DNA of 64,000 nt from an uncultured Candidatus Saccharibacteria bacterium (GTDB lineage: Bacteria > Patescibacteriota > Minisyncoccia > Phycocordibacterales > UBA12445). The stretch covers positions 18,135 through 82,134 of the forward strand of contig CAZYTH010000004.1 in the NCBI GenBank assembly GCA_964649715.1. The letters run 5' to 3'. Under the pieces are notes generated by a model that was not told the DNA's origin, ran no database searches, and saw only the letters and a program-made list of their open reading frames with translations. The position numbers and the translations under genes are program-made. Below, one piece after another: positions 29,745 through 39,800 of the stretch; position 1 is the stretch's first letter, and the number at the start of each line of letters is the position of its first letter.

Positions 29745-29773
29745 TTGAATTTTTTCATATTTGAAAGTATAAT
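29745..29773 (+). promoter_or_regulatory. Sigma70-type promoter directly adjacent to the IS target duplication
   Basis: TTGAAT (29745-29750), 17-bp spacer, TATAAT (29768-29773). Confidence 0.6.
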
Positions 29774-29822
29774 ATTTGCCAGAATAGTCTTTTGTAAAAA
29801 AAAATAAGGAGGTCATCTTTCA

Positions 29823-30272
29823 ATGAGAAAATGTCTCGTTCTGGTGTCGGTGCTTATCGTGTTGTTTTTTGTTTTCCCTATCGATGTAAGCTCGCAAAGT
29901 ATTACGCCAAAAGATGATTCAACGACCGTTGCTATTTCGAGCGGACCAAGCGAACTTGAAGAATTCTATCGCACTTCAATGGTTGGCTACTACGATGTTG
30001 TTATTTTCCCCGAAAAGCAGGACAAGAAAAGCATTGGAAATGCTATAAAAAAAGCTACCAAGGAGTTCATGGAAGCGCTTATCAGCTTGTGCGAATCGCA
30101 CAGCGTTGCTTTTTCAATTCTGTCCAAAACCGGACCGGATCAAATTGACTACAAAGAGAGACTCTCTTTTATTATCTCTCTTTCCGGCAAGAATGCCGAC
30201 ATTACCGAAGTGGACAGAGCGCTTCAAGACAAATATGAAGACCTGCCCAAACACGACCCATACGGTCCCTAA
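29823..30272 (+). CDS. Hypothetical exported protein, probably related to 27915..28523
   Basis: TAAGGAGGT SD, signal-peptide-like N-terminus, C-terminal FIISLSG...DI.EV...L resembling FNFTLTG...DI.EV...L. Confidence 0.78.
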   Translation: MRKCLVLVSVLIVLFFVFPIDVSSQSITPKDDSTTVAISSGPSELEEFYRTSMVGYYDVVIFPEKQDKKSIGNAIKKATKEFMEALISLCESHSVAFSILSKTGPDQIDYKERLSFIISLSGKNADITEVDRALQDKYEDLPKHDPYGP

Positions 30273-30285
30273 ATAAGGACCGTCC

Positions 30286-30317
30286 AACCCACACACCGCA
30301 AGTGTGGGTTTTTTATT
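30286..30317 (+). terminator. Intrinsic terminator with the same stem as 28549
   Basis: AACCCACAC-ACCGCAA-GTGTGGGTT followed by TTTTATT. Confidence 0.85.
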
Positions 30318-30372
30318 AATTTAATTCGCCACTTTGGGGCTTTTTTTATTATATCTAATCTGGTATCCTTTA

Positions 30373-30515
30373 ATTCACCCCGTTTAGTAAAATTTTATAA
30401 AAAAATTTAAAATTTGTTTGTGGGGGTGGTAGAATAAAAAACAATATAAGAACAAGCTTTTAATAAAAAGTTAATTAAAAAGTAAAAAAACAAATTTTTA
30501 CTTAACAGGGTAAAT
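30373..30515. repeat. MITE-like element with imperfect terminal inverted repeats
   Basis: ATTCACCCCGTTTAGTAAAATTT ... AATTTTTACTTAACAGGGTAAAT around an A-rich core. Confidence 0.55.
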
Positions 30516-33354
30516 GAAAACGAAGAAATACGACCACAATAAGATAGAGGGTTCTTGGCAAAAAAAATGGACAAAAGCCAAACTCTTTAAAACAGAAAAG
30601 CCTGGTAAAAAACCAAAGTGCTTTGTGCTTGACATGTTTCCATTCCCATCAGGCGACGGACTTCATGTCGGACACCCAAAGGGGTATATCGCAACTGATA
30701 TATATTCCCGATACAAGAAAATGAACGGCTTCAACGTTCTTCATCCTATGGGATGGGATGCCTTTGGTCTTCCAGCGGAAAACTATGCCATTAAAATGAA
30801 GATTCATCCCGAGGTTGCTGTTAAAAAAAATATAAAGAGATTTAAGGGTCAGCTCCAAAAGATTGGATTCAACTATGACTGGGAAAGAGAAATAAGCACG
30901 GCTGATCCTGCTTATTATAAATGGACTCAATGGATATTTCTTCAGCTGTTTAAAAAAGGCCTAGCCTATGAATCTTATGAACCGATAAATTGGTGTCCTT
31001 CGTGTCAGACAGGACTCGCAAACGAAGACCTTGACGGTGATACCTGTGAGAGGTGTGGTTCAAAGGTAGAAAAGAAACCAATGAGGCAATGGGTTCTTAA
31101 AATTACAGATTATGCTGAAAAAATGCTTAAAGACTTAGACGGTATTCCTTGGTCGGAATCAATAAAAGAGCTTCAGAGAAATTGGATAGGTAAATCAGAG
31201 GGCACTTTAATAAAATTCCCAATCTTCAATTCTCATTTTGAAATAGAGGTTTTTACAACAAGAGTCGATACTATTTACGGATGCACTTATGTTGTCTTAG
31301 CACCGGAACACCCATTTCTTAAGAATAATGAATTGGGAATAAATAACTACGAAGAAGTAAAGAAATATATAGAGGAAGCGAAAAATAGGCCGGAGATAGA
31401 GAGGCTTGCCGAAAAAAAGGAAAAGACAGGCGTGATATTGGAGGGAGTTTCTGCAATCAATCCATTCAATAATGAGAAAGTTTCTATCTTCGTGGCCGAT
31501 TACGTCCTTGGAAATTATGGGACGGGAGCGGTAATGGCGGTGCCGGCACACGACGAAAGAGATTACGAATTTGCCAAAAAACAAAACTTGCAAATTAAGA
31601 AAACGGTGGCTCCCATAACAGGTGAACCGAAAGAAGCCGAGGAGTTTAGGAAGAGTATCGTGGCCCTGATTGAGAATAAAAAAACAGGTGAGTTCCTTTT
31701 ACTTGATTGGGGGGAGAAATTTGGCGGTCATCTGCTTATCGGCGGAGGTCTTAAAGACCGTGAAGATTTGGTTGAATGTGCAAGAAGAGAGGTCGCAGAG
31801 GAAACCGGTTATAAAAATTTGAAATACATCGGACAAACTGAGATTATTCATCATCACTATTTTGCATTTTCAAAAAATAAGCAGAGGTACATTGAGGCTG
31901 TTGGGATTCATTTTGAGCTTGATGGCGACAAGATGGTTCAGCAAGAGCTTGAGGAAGATGAAAAAAGTAAATTTAAAGTTGAGTGGATACCAAAAGAAGA
32001 AGCTGAAAAATTAATAAAGGACCCCCTGCATAATTATGTTTTCCAGAGTTTAATAAATGGGAAAATATATACCGGAGACGGGATTCTCTTTAATGCTGGA
32101 GTTTATTCAGGAATGACATCAACCGATGCCCGAAAAGAAATGTCTTTATGGCTTGAAAAAAATAAATTTGGAAAGAAAAAAATAAATTACAAAATAAAAG
32201 ACTGGGTTTTTTCAAGACAGAGATATTGGGGAGAACCAATACCTGTTGTTCATTGTGAAAAATGTGGAATTGTAGCTATTCCAGAAAAAGAATTACCCCT
32301 ACTTCTTCCTAAGGTAAAAAGTTATGCTCCTACCGGCACAGGAGAGTCGCCTTTGGCTAATATTTCAAAATGGGTAAATACAAAGTGTCCAAATTGTAAG
32401 GGTAAAGCAAAAAGAGAAACAAACACAATGCCCAATTGGGCCGGTTCTTGTTGGTATTATCTAAGATACATAGACCCAAATAATAAAAAAGAGATCGTGG
32501 GCAAAAAAGGAGAAAAATACTTTATGCCCGTAGATTTGTACGTTGGCGGAGCAGAACACGCCACAAGACATCTCATATATGCTAGATTTTGGCACAAATT
32601 TCTTTTTGATATTGGCGTGGTAAGTCACAATGAGCCGTTTAACAAACTACATAGCGTTGGCCTTATATTGGCAGAAGATGGCAGAAAAATGAGCAAGAGA
32701 TGGGGAAATGTGATTAATCCAGACGATGTTATAAAAACTTATGGAGCAGATACTCTTCGCGTTTATGAAATGTTTATGGGTCCCTTTGGACAATCAATAT
32801 CATGGAAAACAGAGAATATGATAGGATCCAGAAGGTTGATAGAGAAAGTTTGGAGGATGCAGTTCAAGATAGACAATAAAATTAAAGCGGATAAAAAAAA
32901 TATTTCAAAACTACACGAAACAATAAAAAAAGTTTCAGAAGATGTTGAAAATTTTAGTTTTAACACAGCGGTGAGCGCGATGATGATATTCGGCAACGAG
33001 TTAGATTCAATAGAAAAAATACCGGAATCTATATATAAAAGTTTTTTGCTTTTATTTTCTCCTTTTGCTCCGCATGTTACAGAAGAAATATGGCACAACA
33101 TAGGTTGTAATAATTTTATCTATAATGAGAAATGGCCAAAATTTGATCCTGCGAAAATAAACAAAAGTGATTTTAATCTTATAATTCAGGTAAATGGCAA
33201 GACAAGGGATACTGTCTTGGTTGAAATCGGAACAGGTGAGGAGAAAGTCAAAGAAATTGCATTAAGCAAAGAAAACGTAAAAAGGAACATCGAGGGAAAA
33301 ATAATCAAGAAGACAATTTACGTTAAGGACAAACTGATCAATATTGTTGTTTAG
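30514..33354 (+). CDS. leuS: Leucine--tRNA ligase with inserted Nudix hydrolase domain
   Basis: MFPFPSG.GLHVGH, FTTR and GTGAVMAVPAHD (CP1), SRQRYWG, KMSKR; Nudix box at 31744-31812. Confidence 0.96.
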   Translation: MKTKKYDHNKIEGSWQKKWTKAKLFKTEKPGKKPKCFVLDMFPFPSGDGLHVGHPKGYIATDIYSRYKKMNGFNVLHPMGWDAFGLPAENYAIKMKIHPEVAVKKNIKRFKGQLQKIGFNYDWEREISTADPAYYKWTQWIFLQLFKKGLAYESYEPINWCPSCQTGLANEDLDGDTCERCGSKVEKKPMRQWVLKITDYAEKMLKDLDGIPWSESIKELQRNWIGKSEGTLIKFPIFNSHFEIEVFTTRVDTIYGCTYVVLAPEHPFLKNNELGINNYEEVKKYIEEAKNRPEIERLAEKKEKTGVILEGVSAINPFNNEKVSIFVADYVLGNYGTGAVMAVPAHDERDYEFAKKQNLQIKKTVAPITGEPKEAEEFRKSIVALIENKKTGEFLLLDWGEKFGGHLLIGGGLKDREDLVECARREVAEETGYKNLKYIGQTEIIHHHYFAFSKNKQRYIEAVGIHFELDGDKMVQQELEEDEKSKFKVEWIPKEEAEKLIKDPLHNYVFQSLINGKIYTGDGILFNAGVYSGMTSTDARKEMSLWLEKNKFGKKKINYKIKDWVFSRQRYWGEPIPVVHCEKCGIVAIPEKELPLLLPKVKSYAPTGTGESPLANISKWVNTKCPNCKGKAKRETNTMPNWAGSCWYYLRYIDPNNKKEIVGKKGEKYFMPVDLYVGGAEHATRHLIYARFWHKFLFDIGVVSHNEPFNKLHSVGLILAEDGRKMSKRWGNVINPDDVIKTYGADTLRVYEMFMGPFGQSISWKTENMIGSRRLIEKVWRMQFKIDNKIKADKKNISKLHETIKKVSEDVENFSFNTAVSAMMIFGNELDSIEKIPESIYKSFLLLFSPFAPHVTEEIWHNIGCNNFIYNEKWPKFDPAKINKSDFNLIIQVNGKTRDTVLVEIGTGEEKVKEIALSKENVKRNIEGKIIKKTIYVKDKLINIVV

Positions 33355-33425
33355 TAAAAAAGATAAAATTATTCCTGTTATCCTCGCCTGTGTGGGAATG
33401 ATAAAGAAAAAGTAAAATTGCAACA

Positions 33426-33454
33426 TTGACAAAATCTCTCTATTTTGCTATCTT
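33426..33454 (+). promoter_or_regulatory. rpoBC promoter (sigma70, extended -10)
   Basis: TTGACA (33426-33431), 17-bp spacer ending TGc, TATCTT (33449-33454). Confidence 0.7.
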
Positions 33455-33638
33455 ATGTTCAATTGTTGCAAGATTGAGTAATTCTTGAAATTCCCTTTAT
33501 TATAAGCCGTAGCGAGGCTATATATCTTGCATAAAACTCTTATAAAAAATAACCGCAGTTAAGCGGAGGAAACTAATTTTGTAAAGTTGGTTGTTTTTGT
33601 TTTTAATAATTTTTAAGTTTAATAATATTTAAATTAAA

Positions 33639-36600
33639 ATGGAAATAAAAAAGAAATTTTTCTCAAAATACAAAAAACCAATGATGTCACTACCTGATCT
33701 GGTAGAAATGCAGAAGAATTCTTTTAAGTGGATAGTCGAAAAAGGGCTTTGTGAAATATTCAAAGAGTTTTCTCCTATAAAAGATTATACTGGCAAAAAA
33801 TTTGAATTAGAATTTACCGGTTATGATTTGGATAAACCAAAAACAGATGAGCATGAGGCCAAGTTAAACAGGGCCACATTAAATAGTGCGCTTAAGGTTC
33901 GTGTTAAATTAAAGAATAAAATATTAAATTATGAAAAAGAGCAGGAAATATTTTTGACGGATTTTCCTGCAATGACCCCACATGGAACTTTTATAATAAA
34001 TGGTGTTGAAAGAGTTATCGTTCCACAACTGGCTCGAAGCTTTGGGGTTTTCTTTACGGCCAACGAGAATAAAGGTAAAAAATATTTTGGAGCAAAGATA
34101 ATACCAGTTCGTGGAGCATGGATAGAAATAGAAACAGAACCAGATGATGTTATGTATGTAAGAATAGATAGAAGAAGGAAATTCCCTGTCTCATCCCTTC
34201 TTAGGGTTTTAAGCGGAGCAACTGATACCGATATAATGAAAATCTTTTCTGGAGATATTTCTTTGGAAAATGTTTTGGAAGGGAAGGAGGATGTTAGTGG
34301 TGGTGTTAATTATATAAAGAATTCATTTATAAAAGATTCAGCAAAAACAATTGATGAGTCTTATCTTGAAATTTACAAAAGACTCAGAGACAGCGATATC
34401 GCCACGATTTCTAGCTCTAAAGAATTTTTAACTGATCTTTTCAGCGAAGAAAGGTACGATCTTTCCTTGGTTGGTAGATTTAGATTCAACAAAAGATTTG
34501 GTTTAGAGACAAAAGAAAAAGATCTTGCAGTAAGAACTCTTTCCTTTGATGACATAATTAAGATAATTAAGAATATTATTGAATTAAATAATACCCCAGG
34601 GGCAAAAGAAGACGATATAGACCACCTTGGACTCAGAAGAGTTAGGTGTATCGGGGAGATGCTTCAGCTTAAAATGAGAGTCGGTATGTCTCAAATGAAA
34701 AGAAATATTCAAGACAGAATGTCTACAATTGACAACGAAACAGTTCTTCCTATTCAATTGATTAACCCAAGGCCTCTTCAGGCAAGAATAAAGGAATTTT
34801 TTACAACAAACCAACTATCCCAATTCATGGGACAGGAAAATATTCTTTCAGAATTGGAACACCTAAGAAAACTGTCAGCCTTTGGACAAGGAGGACTAAC
34901 AAGAGAGAGGGCTGGATTTGAGGTTAGAGACGTACATACTTCTCACTATGGAAGAGTTTGTCCAATACAAACACCAGAAGGTCCGAATATCGGTTTAATC
35001 TTAACGCTTTCTTCTTATGCGAAAGTGAACGATCTCGGAGTTATTGAAACTCCTTATATTTCCGTAAAAAATGGAAAAATAACAGATGAGGTAAAATATA
35101 TCAATGCATTAGAAGAAGAAAATCACAACATAGCCCATGCCGCTATTGATTATGGTGATGATGGAAAACTAAAGAATGAACTGATTGAGGCTAGGGCTAA
35201 CGCTAACCCAAGTTTGGTTAGCAGGGACAAGATAGATATGATTGATGTTGCTCCTAATCAGGCTTATTCTATAGCAACTTCCATGATACCTTTTCTCGAA
35301 CATGACGATGCCAACAGGGCGTTGATGGGTTCCAACATGCAAAGACAAGCCACACCTTGTATCGTGGCAGAAGCACCATTAGTTGCCACTGGCATTGAAG
35401 AAGAAGCTGCCAGGAGCACAGGAAGACTTATCTTTTCAGAATATGAAGGTGAGGTTTTCGCCGTTGACGCTAAAAAGATAATAATAAAATCTAGCAAAGG
35501 TGAGAAGAAAGAGTATCCTTTGGTGAACTTTTCAAGAACAAATAGTTTTACTGTTTTTCATCAAAGACCAGTTGTTGAGCTTGGCCAGAAAATAAAAAAA
35601 GGACAATTATTGGCAGACACTTCGTCTAGCGACAGGGGGCAAGTTTCCATTGGTCAAAACGTAAGGGTGGCTTTTATGAGTTGGGGTGGAAATAATTACG
35701 AAGACGCTATAATTCTTTCAGAGAGAATGGTTAAAGAGAGTAAATTTACAACAATACATGTTGAAGAATTTGTTGTTAATGTTAGAGACACCAAGCTCGG
35801 CCCAGAAATAACAACTCACGATATTCCAAACGTCGGAGAAATTAAACTAAAAAACTTGGATGAAGATGGCATCGTAAAAGTTGGAGCAGAAGTTCACCCT
35901 AACGATATTCTTGTAGGAAAAATAACACCCAAAGGAGAAACGGAACTGACACCAGAAGAAAGGTTATTGCGATCCATATTCGGAGAAAAATCAAGAGACG
36001 TAAAAGACACCTCCTTAAGAATGGAACATGGAAAGAGGGGAAGGGTAATCGGTGTAAAAATATTTTCAAGAGAAAGGGGTGACAAAATGGAGTCTGGAAT
36101 AATAAAGAGAGTTCACATAGAAATAGCTCAGCTTAGAAATATATCCGTCGGGGATAAGCTTTCGGGAAGACATGGAAACAAAGGAATCGTTGCCAGAATA
36201 CTTCCCATAGAAGATATGCCCTACATGGAAGACGGAACACCAATAGATGTTATTTTAACTCCTCTTGGGGTACCGAGTCGTATGAACCTGGGTCAAATAC
36301 TTGAACTACATCTTGGACTTGCAGCAAATACCCTTGGGTATCAGGCAATAACACCTCCTTTTTTGGGTGTTACTGAACAAGAAATAAAAGAAGAATTAGT
36401 TAAAGCAGGATATCCTGAATCTGGAAAAATAAAACTTTTTGACGGTCAGACAGGACAACAATTCGAACAAGACGTAGCGATGGGATATATGTACATGCTT
36501 AAACTTCACCACATGGTTGAAGATAAGATACACATGAGATCCGTCGGTCCATACTCATTAATAACACAACAACCTCTTGGTGGTAGGGCTCAAGGAGGGG

Positions 36601-36830
36601 GACAGAGATTTGGAGAAATGGAAGTTTGGGCACTTGAAGGATATGGAGCCTCTCATATACTAAGAGAAATGTTAACGATAAAATCTGATGACATCGTTGG
36701 AAGGGCATCTGCTTTTGACTCTATAGTAAAAGGTGAAAAGATTAAAACTCCAAATATTCCTGCATCTTTCAATGTGCTCGTAAATGAATTAAAAGGTCTT
36801 GCTCTTGACGTGGAGCTTAAAAATATTTAA
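33639..36830 (+). CDS. rpoB: RNA polymerase subunit beta
   Basis: GTFIINGVERV, DDIDHLG, QTPEGPNIG, GSNMQRQA, GDKLSGRHGNKG, GGQRFGEME. Confidence 0.99.
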   Translation: MEIKKKFFSKYKKPMMSLPDLVEMQKNSFKWIVEKGLCEIFKEFSPIKDYTGKKFELEFTGYDLDKPKTDEHEAKLNRATLNSALKVRVKLKNKILNYEKEQEIFLTDFPAMTPHGTFIINGVERVIVPQLARSFGVFFTANENKGKKYFGAKIIPVRGAWIEIETEPDDVMYVRIDRRRKFPVSSLLRVLSGATDTDIMKIFSGDISLENVLEGKEDVSGGVNYIKNSFIKDSAKTIDESYLEIYKRLRDSDIATISSSKEFLTDLFSEERYDLSLVGRFRFNKRFGLETKEKDLAVRTLSFDDIIKIIKNIIELNNTPGAKEDDIDHLGLRRVRCIGEMLQLKMRVGMSQMKRNIQDRMSTIDNETVLPIQLINPRPLQARIKEFFTTNQLSQFMGQENILSELEHLRKLSAFGQGGLTRERAGFEVRDVHTSHYGRVCPIQTPEGPNIGLILTLSSYAKVNDLGVIETPYISVKNGKITDEVKYINALEEENHNIAHAAIDYGDDGKLKNELIEARANANPSLVSRDKIDMIDVAPNQAYSIATSMIPFLEHDDANRALMGSNMQRQATPCIVAEAPLVATGIEEEAARSTGRLIFSEYEGEVFAVDAKKIIIKSSKGEKKEYPLVNFSRTNSFTVFHQRPVVELGQKIKKGQLLADTSSSDRGQVSIGQNVRVAFMSWGGNNYEDAIILSERMVKESKFTTIHVEEFVVNVRDTKLGPEITTHDIPNVGEIKLKNLDEDGIVKVGAEVHPNDILVGKITPKGETELTPEERLLRSIFGEKSRDVKDTSLRMEHGKRGRVIGVKIFSRERGDKMESGIIKRVHIEIAQLRNISVGDKLSGRHGNKGIVARILPIEDMPYMEDGTPIDVILTPLGVPSRMNLGQILELHLGLAANTLGYQAITPPFLGVTEQEIKEELVKAGYPESGKIKLFDGQTGQQFEQDVAMGYMYMLKLHHMVEDKIHMRSVGPYSLITQQPLGGRAQGGGQRFGEMEVWALEGYGASHILREMLTIKSDDIVGRASAFDSIVKGEKIKTPNIPASFNVLVNELKGLALDVELKNI

Positions 36831-36840
36831 TTAAAATAAC

Positions 36841-39800
36841 ATGAAAGAAGAACAAACATTGGATTTTAATGCGATAATGCTTAAGCTCGCTTCTCCCGAT
36901 AAAATAAAAGAATGGTCATATGGGGAAGTCACAAGACCAGAAACAATCAACTATAGAACACAAAGAAGCGAAAGAGGGGGTCTTTTCGATGAGAGAATTT
37001 TTGGACCAGAAAAAGACTATGAATGCTATTGCGGAAAATACAGAAGAATAAGATACAAGGACATAATATGTGAAAAATGCGGAGTTGAAGTAACAAGATC
37101 TATCGTAAGAAGAGAACGAATGGGACATATTGAGCTAGCAGCTCCCGTTGCTCATATTTGGTTTCTAAGGGGAATACCATCAAGAATTGGTTTGCTTTTA
37201 GACCTTTCGATTGCTGAGTTAGAAAAAGTTGTTTATTTTGCAGGCTATATAATAACCAAAGTAAACAAAGATGAAAAAGAGAGATTGCTTAAAGAGCTTG
37301 ATAGGGAATTCAAAACAAAGATAAAATCCGTAAACTCAGCCGAAGCAAAAGAAAGCATAAAAAGTTCGTTACTAGAGGTAAAAAAAGAAATTAATTCCAT
37401 AAGAGAAGGGCTGGTTCTTGACGAGCCAACACATATCAAATTTACCTATAAATATGGAACTGTTTTTGAGTCGGACATTGGAGCTGAGGCCGTCTATAAA
37501 ATGTTTTTAAACATAGATTTAGATAAAATTATTTCTGAATTACACGAAAGAATAAAAACCGCGGGAACCGTTGATAAGGTAAAAATTCAGAAAAGATTAA
37601 ATCTTGTAAGGCACATGAAAAAATCTGGGGTCAGACCAGAGTGGATGTTCCTAAAGGTTATTCCAATAATCCCACCAGCGCTAAGACCAATGGTTGCTCT
37701 TGACGGTGGCCGACACGCAACTTCAGATGTTAATGATCTATATAGAAGGGTTATCAACAGGAACAATCGTTTAAAAAAACTTATCGAAATTAATGCTCCT
37801 GAAGTTATTTTAAGAAACGAGAAAAGAATACTTCAGGAGGCAGTAGATGCCTTAATAGATAATTCCATAAGGCACGGAAGCAATTCTGCCGGAGCAATGT
37901 CATCGGCACAAAGAAGACCGTTGAAATCCCTGGCTGATATACTAAAAGGAAAGCAAGGTAGATTCAGACAAAATTTACTTGGAAAAAGAGTAGACTATTC
38001 CGGAAGAAGCGTCATTGTTGTCGGTCCAGAGCTACACCTTGATCAATGTGGTTTACCAAAGCACATGGCCTTGGAATTATTTAGACCATTTGTTATTTCT
38101 AAGATTTTGGAAAGAGAATTAGCTTATAACATCAGGGGAGCAGGAAGGCTTATTGAAGATGCTGTTCCAGAGGTTTGGGCTATTCTAGAAGAGGTTATAA
38201 AAAACAAGTTTGTTCTTTTAAACAGAGCGCCCACTCTACATAGACTTGGCATACAGGCTTTTAGGCCAATTCTTATTGAAGGTAATGCGATTAGAATACA
38301 TCCACTGGTATGTACCGCTTTTAATGCAGATTTCGATGGGGACCAGATGGCTGTTCATGTCCCGCTTTCTGATGAAGCACAGGAAGAAGCTAGGGAAATA
38401 ATGTGTGCTGCTAAAAATCTCTTAAGACCGGGAACTGGTGATCCTATTGTTACACCAAAACTTGATATCGTTCTTGGTTGCTACTGGATGACGAAAGTAG
38501 TAGAAGGAGAAAGAGGAGAGGGCAAAATATTTCCAACCCCAAACGCAGCAATTTCTGCATATGACTACGGCCAGGTTGGTTTTAGAGCAAAAATAAAAAT
38601 AATGGGAGGGGAAAGTGAGAAATACAAAGAATTCAAAGACAAAATTCTAGAGACTTCTGTCGGTAAAATTCTCTTTAATAGTGTGTTGCCTTCTGATTTT
38701 AGATATTTAAATCACGAAATAACAGGAAAGGAAATGCCCACGCTTATAGAAGAGCTTATTGAGATATACGGAACAGATGCAGTGCCCGCTATTCTAGATA
38801 AAATAAAAAGCTTCGGTTTTAAATATATTACTCTTTCTGGAATAACGTGGGGCATTGATGATCTTCGAGTTCCTTCAGAAAAACCTTCAATTGTTAAAAA
38901 AACAAAAGAAAATGTTCTTGGTATAGAAAAAAATTACGAGGAGGGATTCATATCCGGTGAAGAAAAAAGAAAAATGGTAATATCAGCATGGCGTTCTGCT
39001 TGGGACGAAACACAAAAACTAGTCCCAAAGACACTAGACCCAAATGGAGGGGTCCACGACATGGTTACATCAAAAGCCAGAGGGTCAATTGCCGCTCTAA
39101 GCCAAATGTGCGGAATGAAGGGTCTCATTATAAATACATCAGGTCAAACATTGGAGTTTCCTGTTATTCCTTCCTACAAAGAGGGATTGTCTCCTCTTGA
39201 ATATTTCATCACAACCCACGGTTCAAGAAAAGGTTTAACCGATACGGCCTTGAACACATCAAAAGCTGGATATTTAACAAGAAGGCTTGTCGATGTTGCT
39301 CAGGATGTTGTTGTTTCCGAAGAAGACTGTGGAGAAAAGAACGGTAGAGTGATTCGCGCAAAAGATGTCCTAGAAACAACCATTAGTAATGCTTTGAGAG
39401 GGAGAGTTCTCGCAAAAGATCTTTCTGATAAAGACGGGAAGGTAATCTTTAAAAAGGGACACTTGATAATGAAGAAGGATCTCAAAACAATAGACGACCA
39501 CATCGTTGACGAAGCAACAGTATTTTCTCCTCTCACCTGTACATCAACAAGAGGTGTCTGCCAGAAATGCTATGGTTTAGATCTTGGAAGAAACAATTTA
39601 GTTAAGTTGGGGGAAGCTGTCGGTATAGTTGCAGCTCAAGCGATAGGAGAACCAGGTACTCAGCTTACGATGAGAACATTCCACTCCGGAGGTGTTTCTG
39701 AAGCTGGTGGAGACATAACAATGGGTCTGCCACGAATCGAAGAAATTTTTGAAAAGAGAGCACCAAAGAACAGCGCTGTTATCTCAGAAATAGATGGACA

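Noticed and set aside
33371-33408. GTTATCCTCGCCTGTGTGGGAATGAT, resembling a decayed REP-type palindrome after leuS
   Set aside because: Single degenerate copy in the window; cannot be distinguished from a weak terminator.
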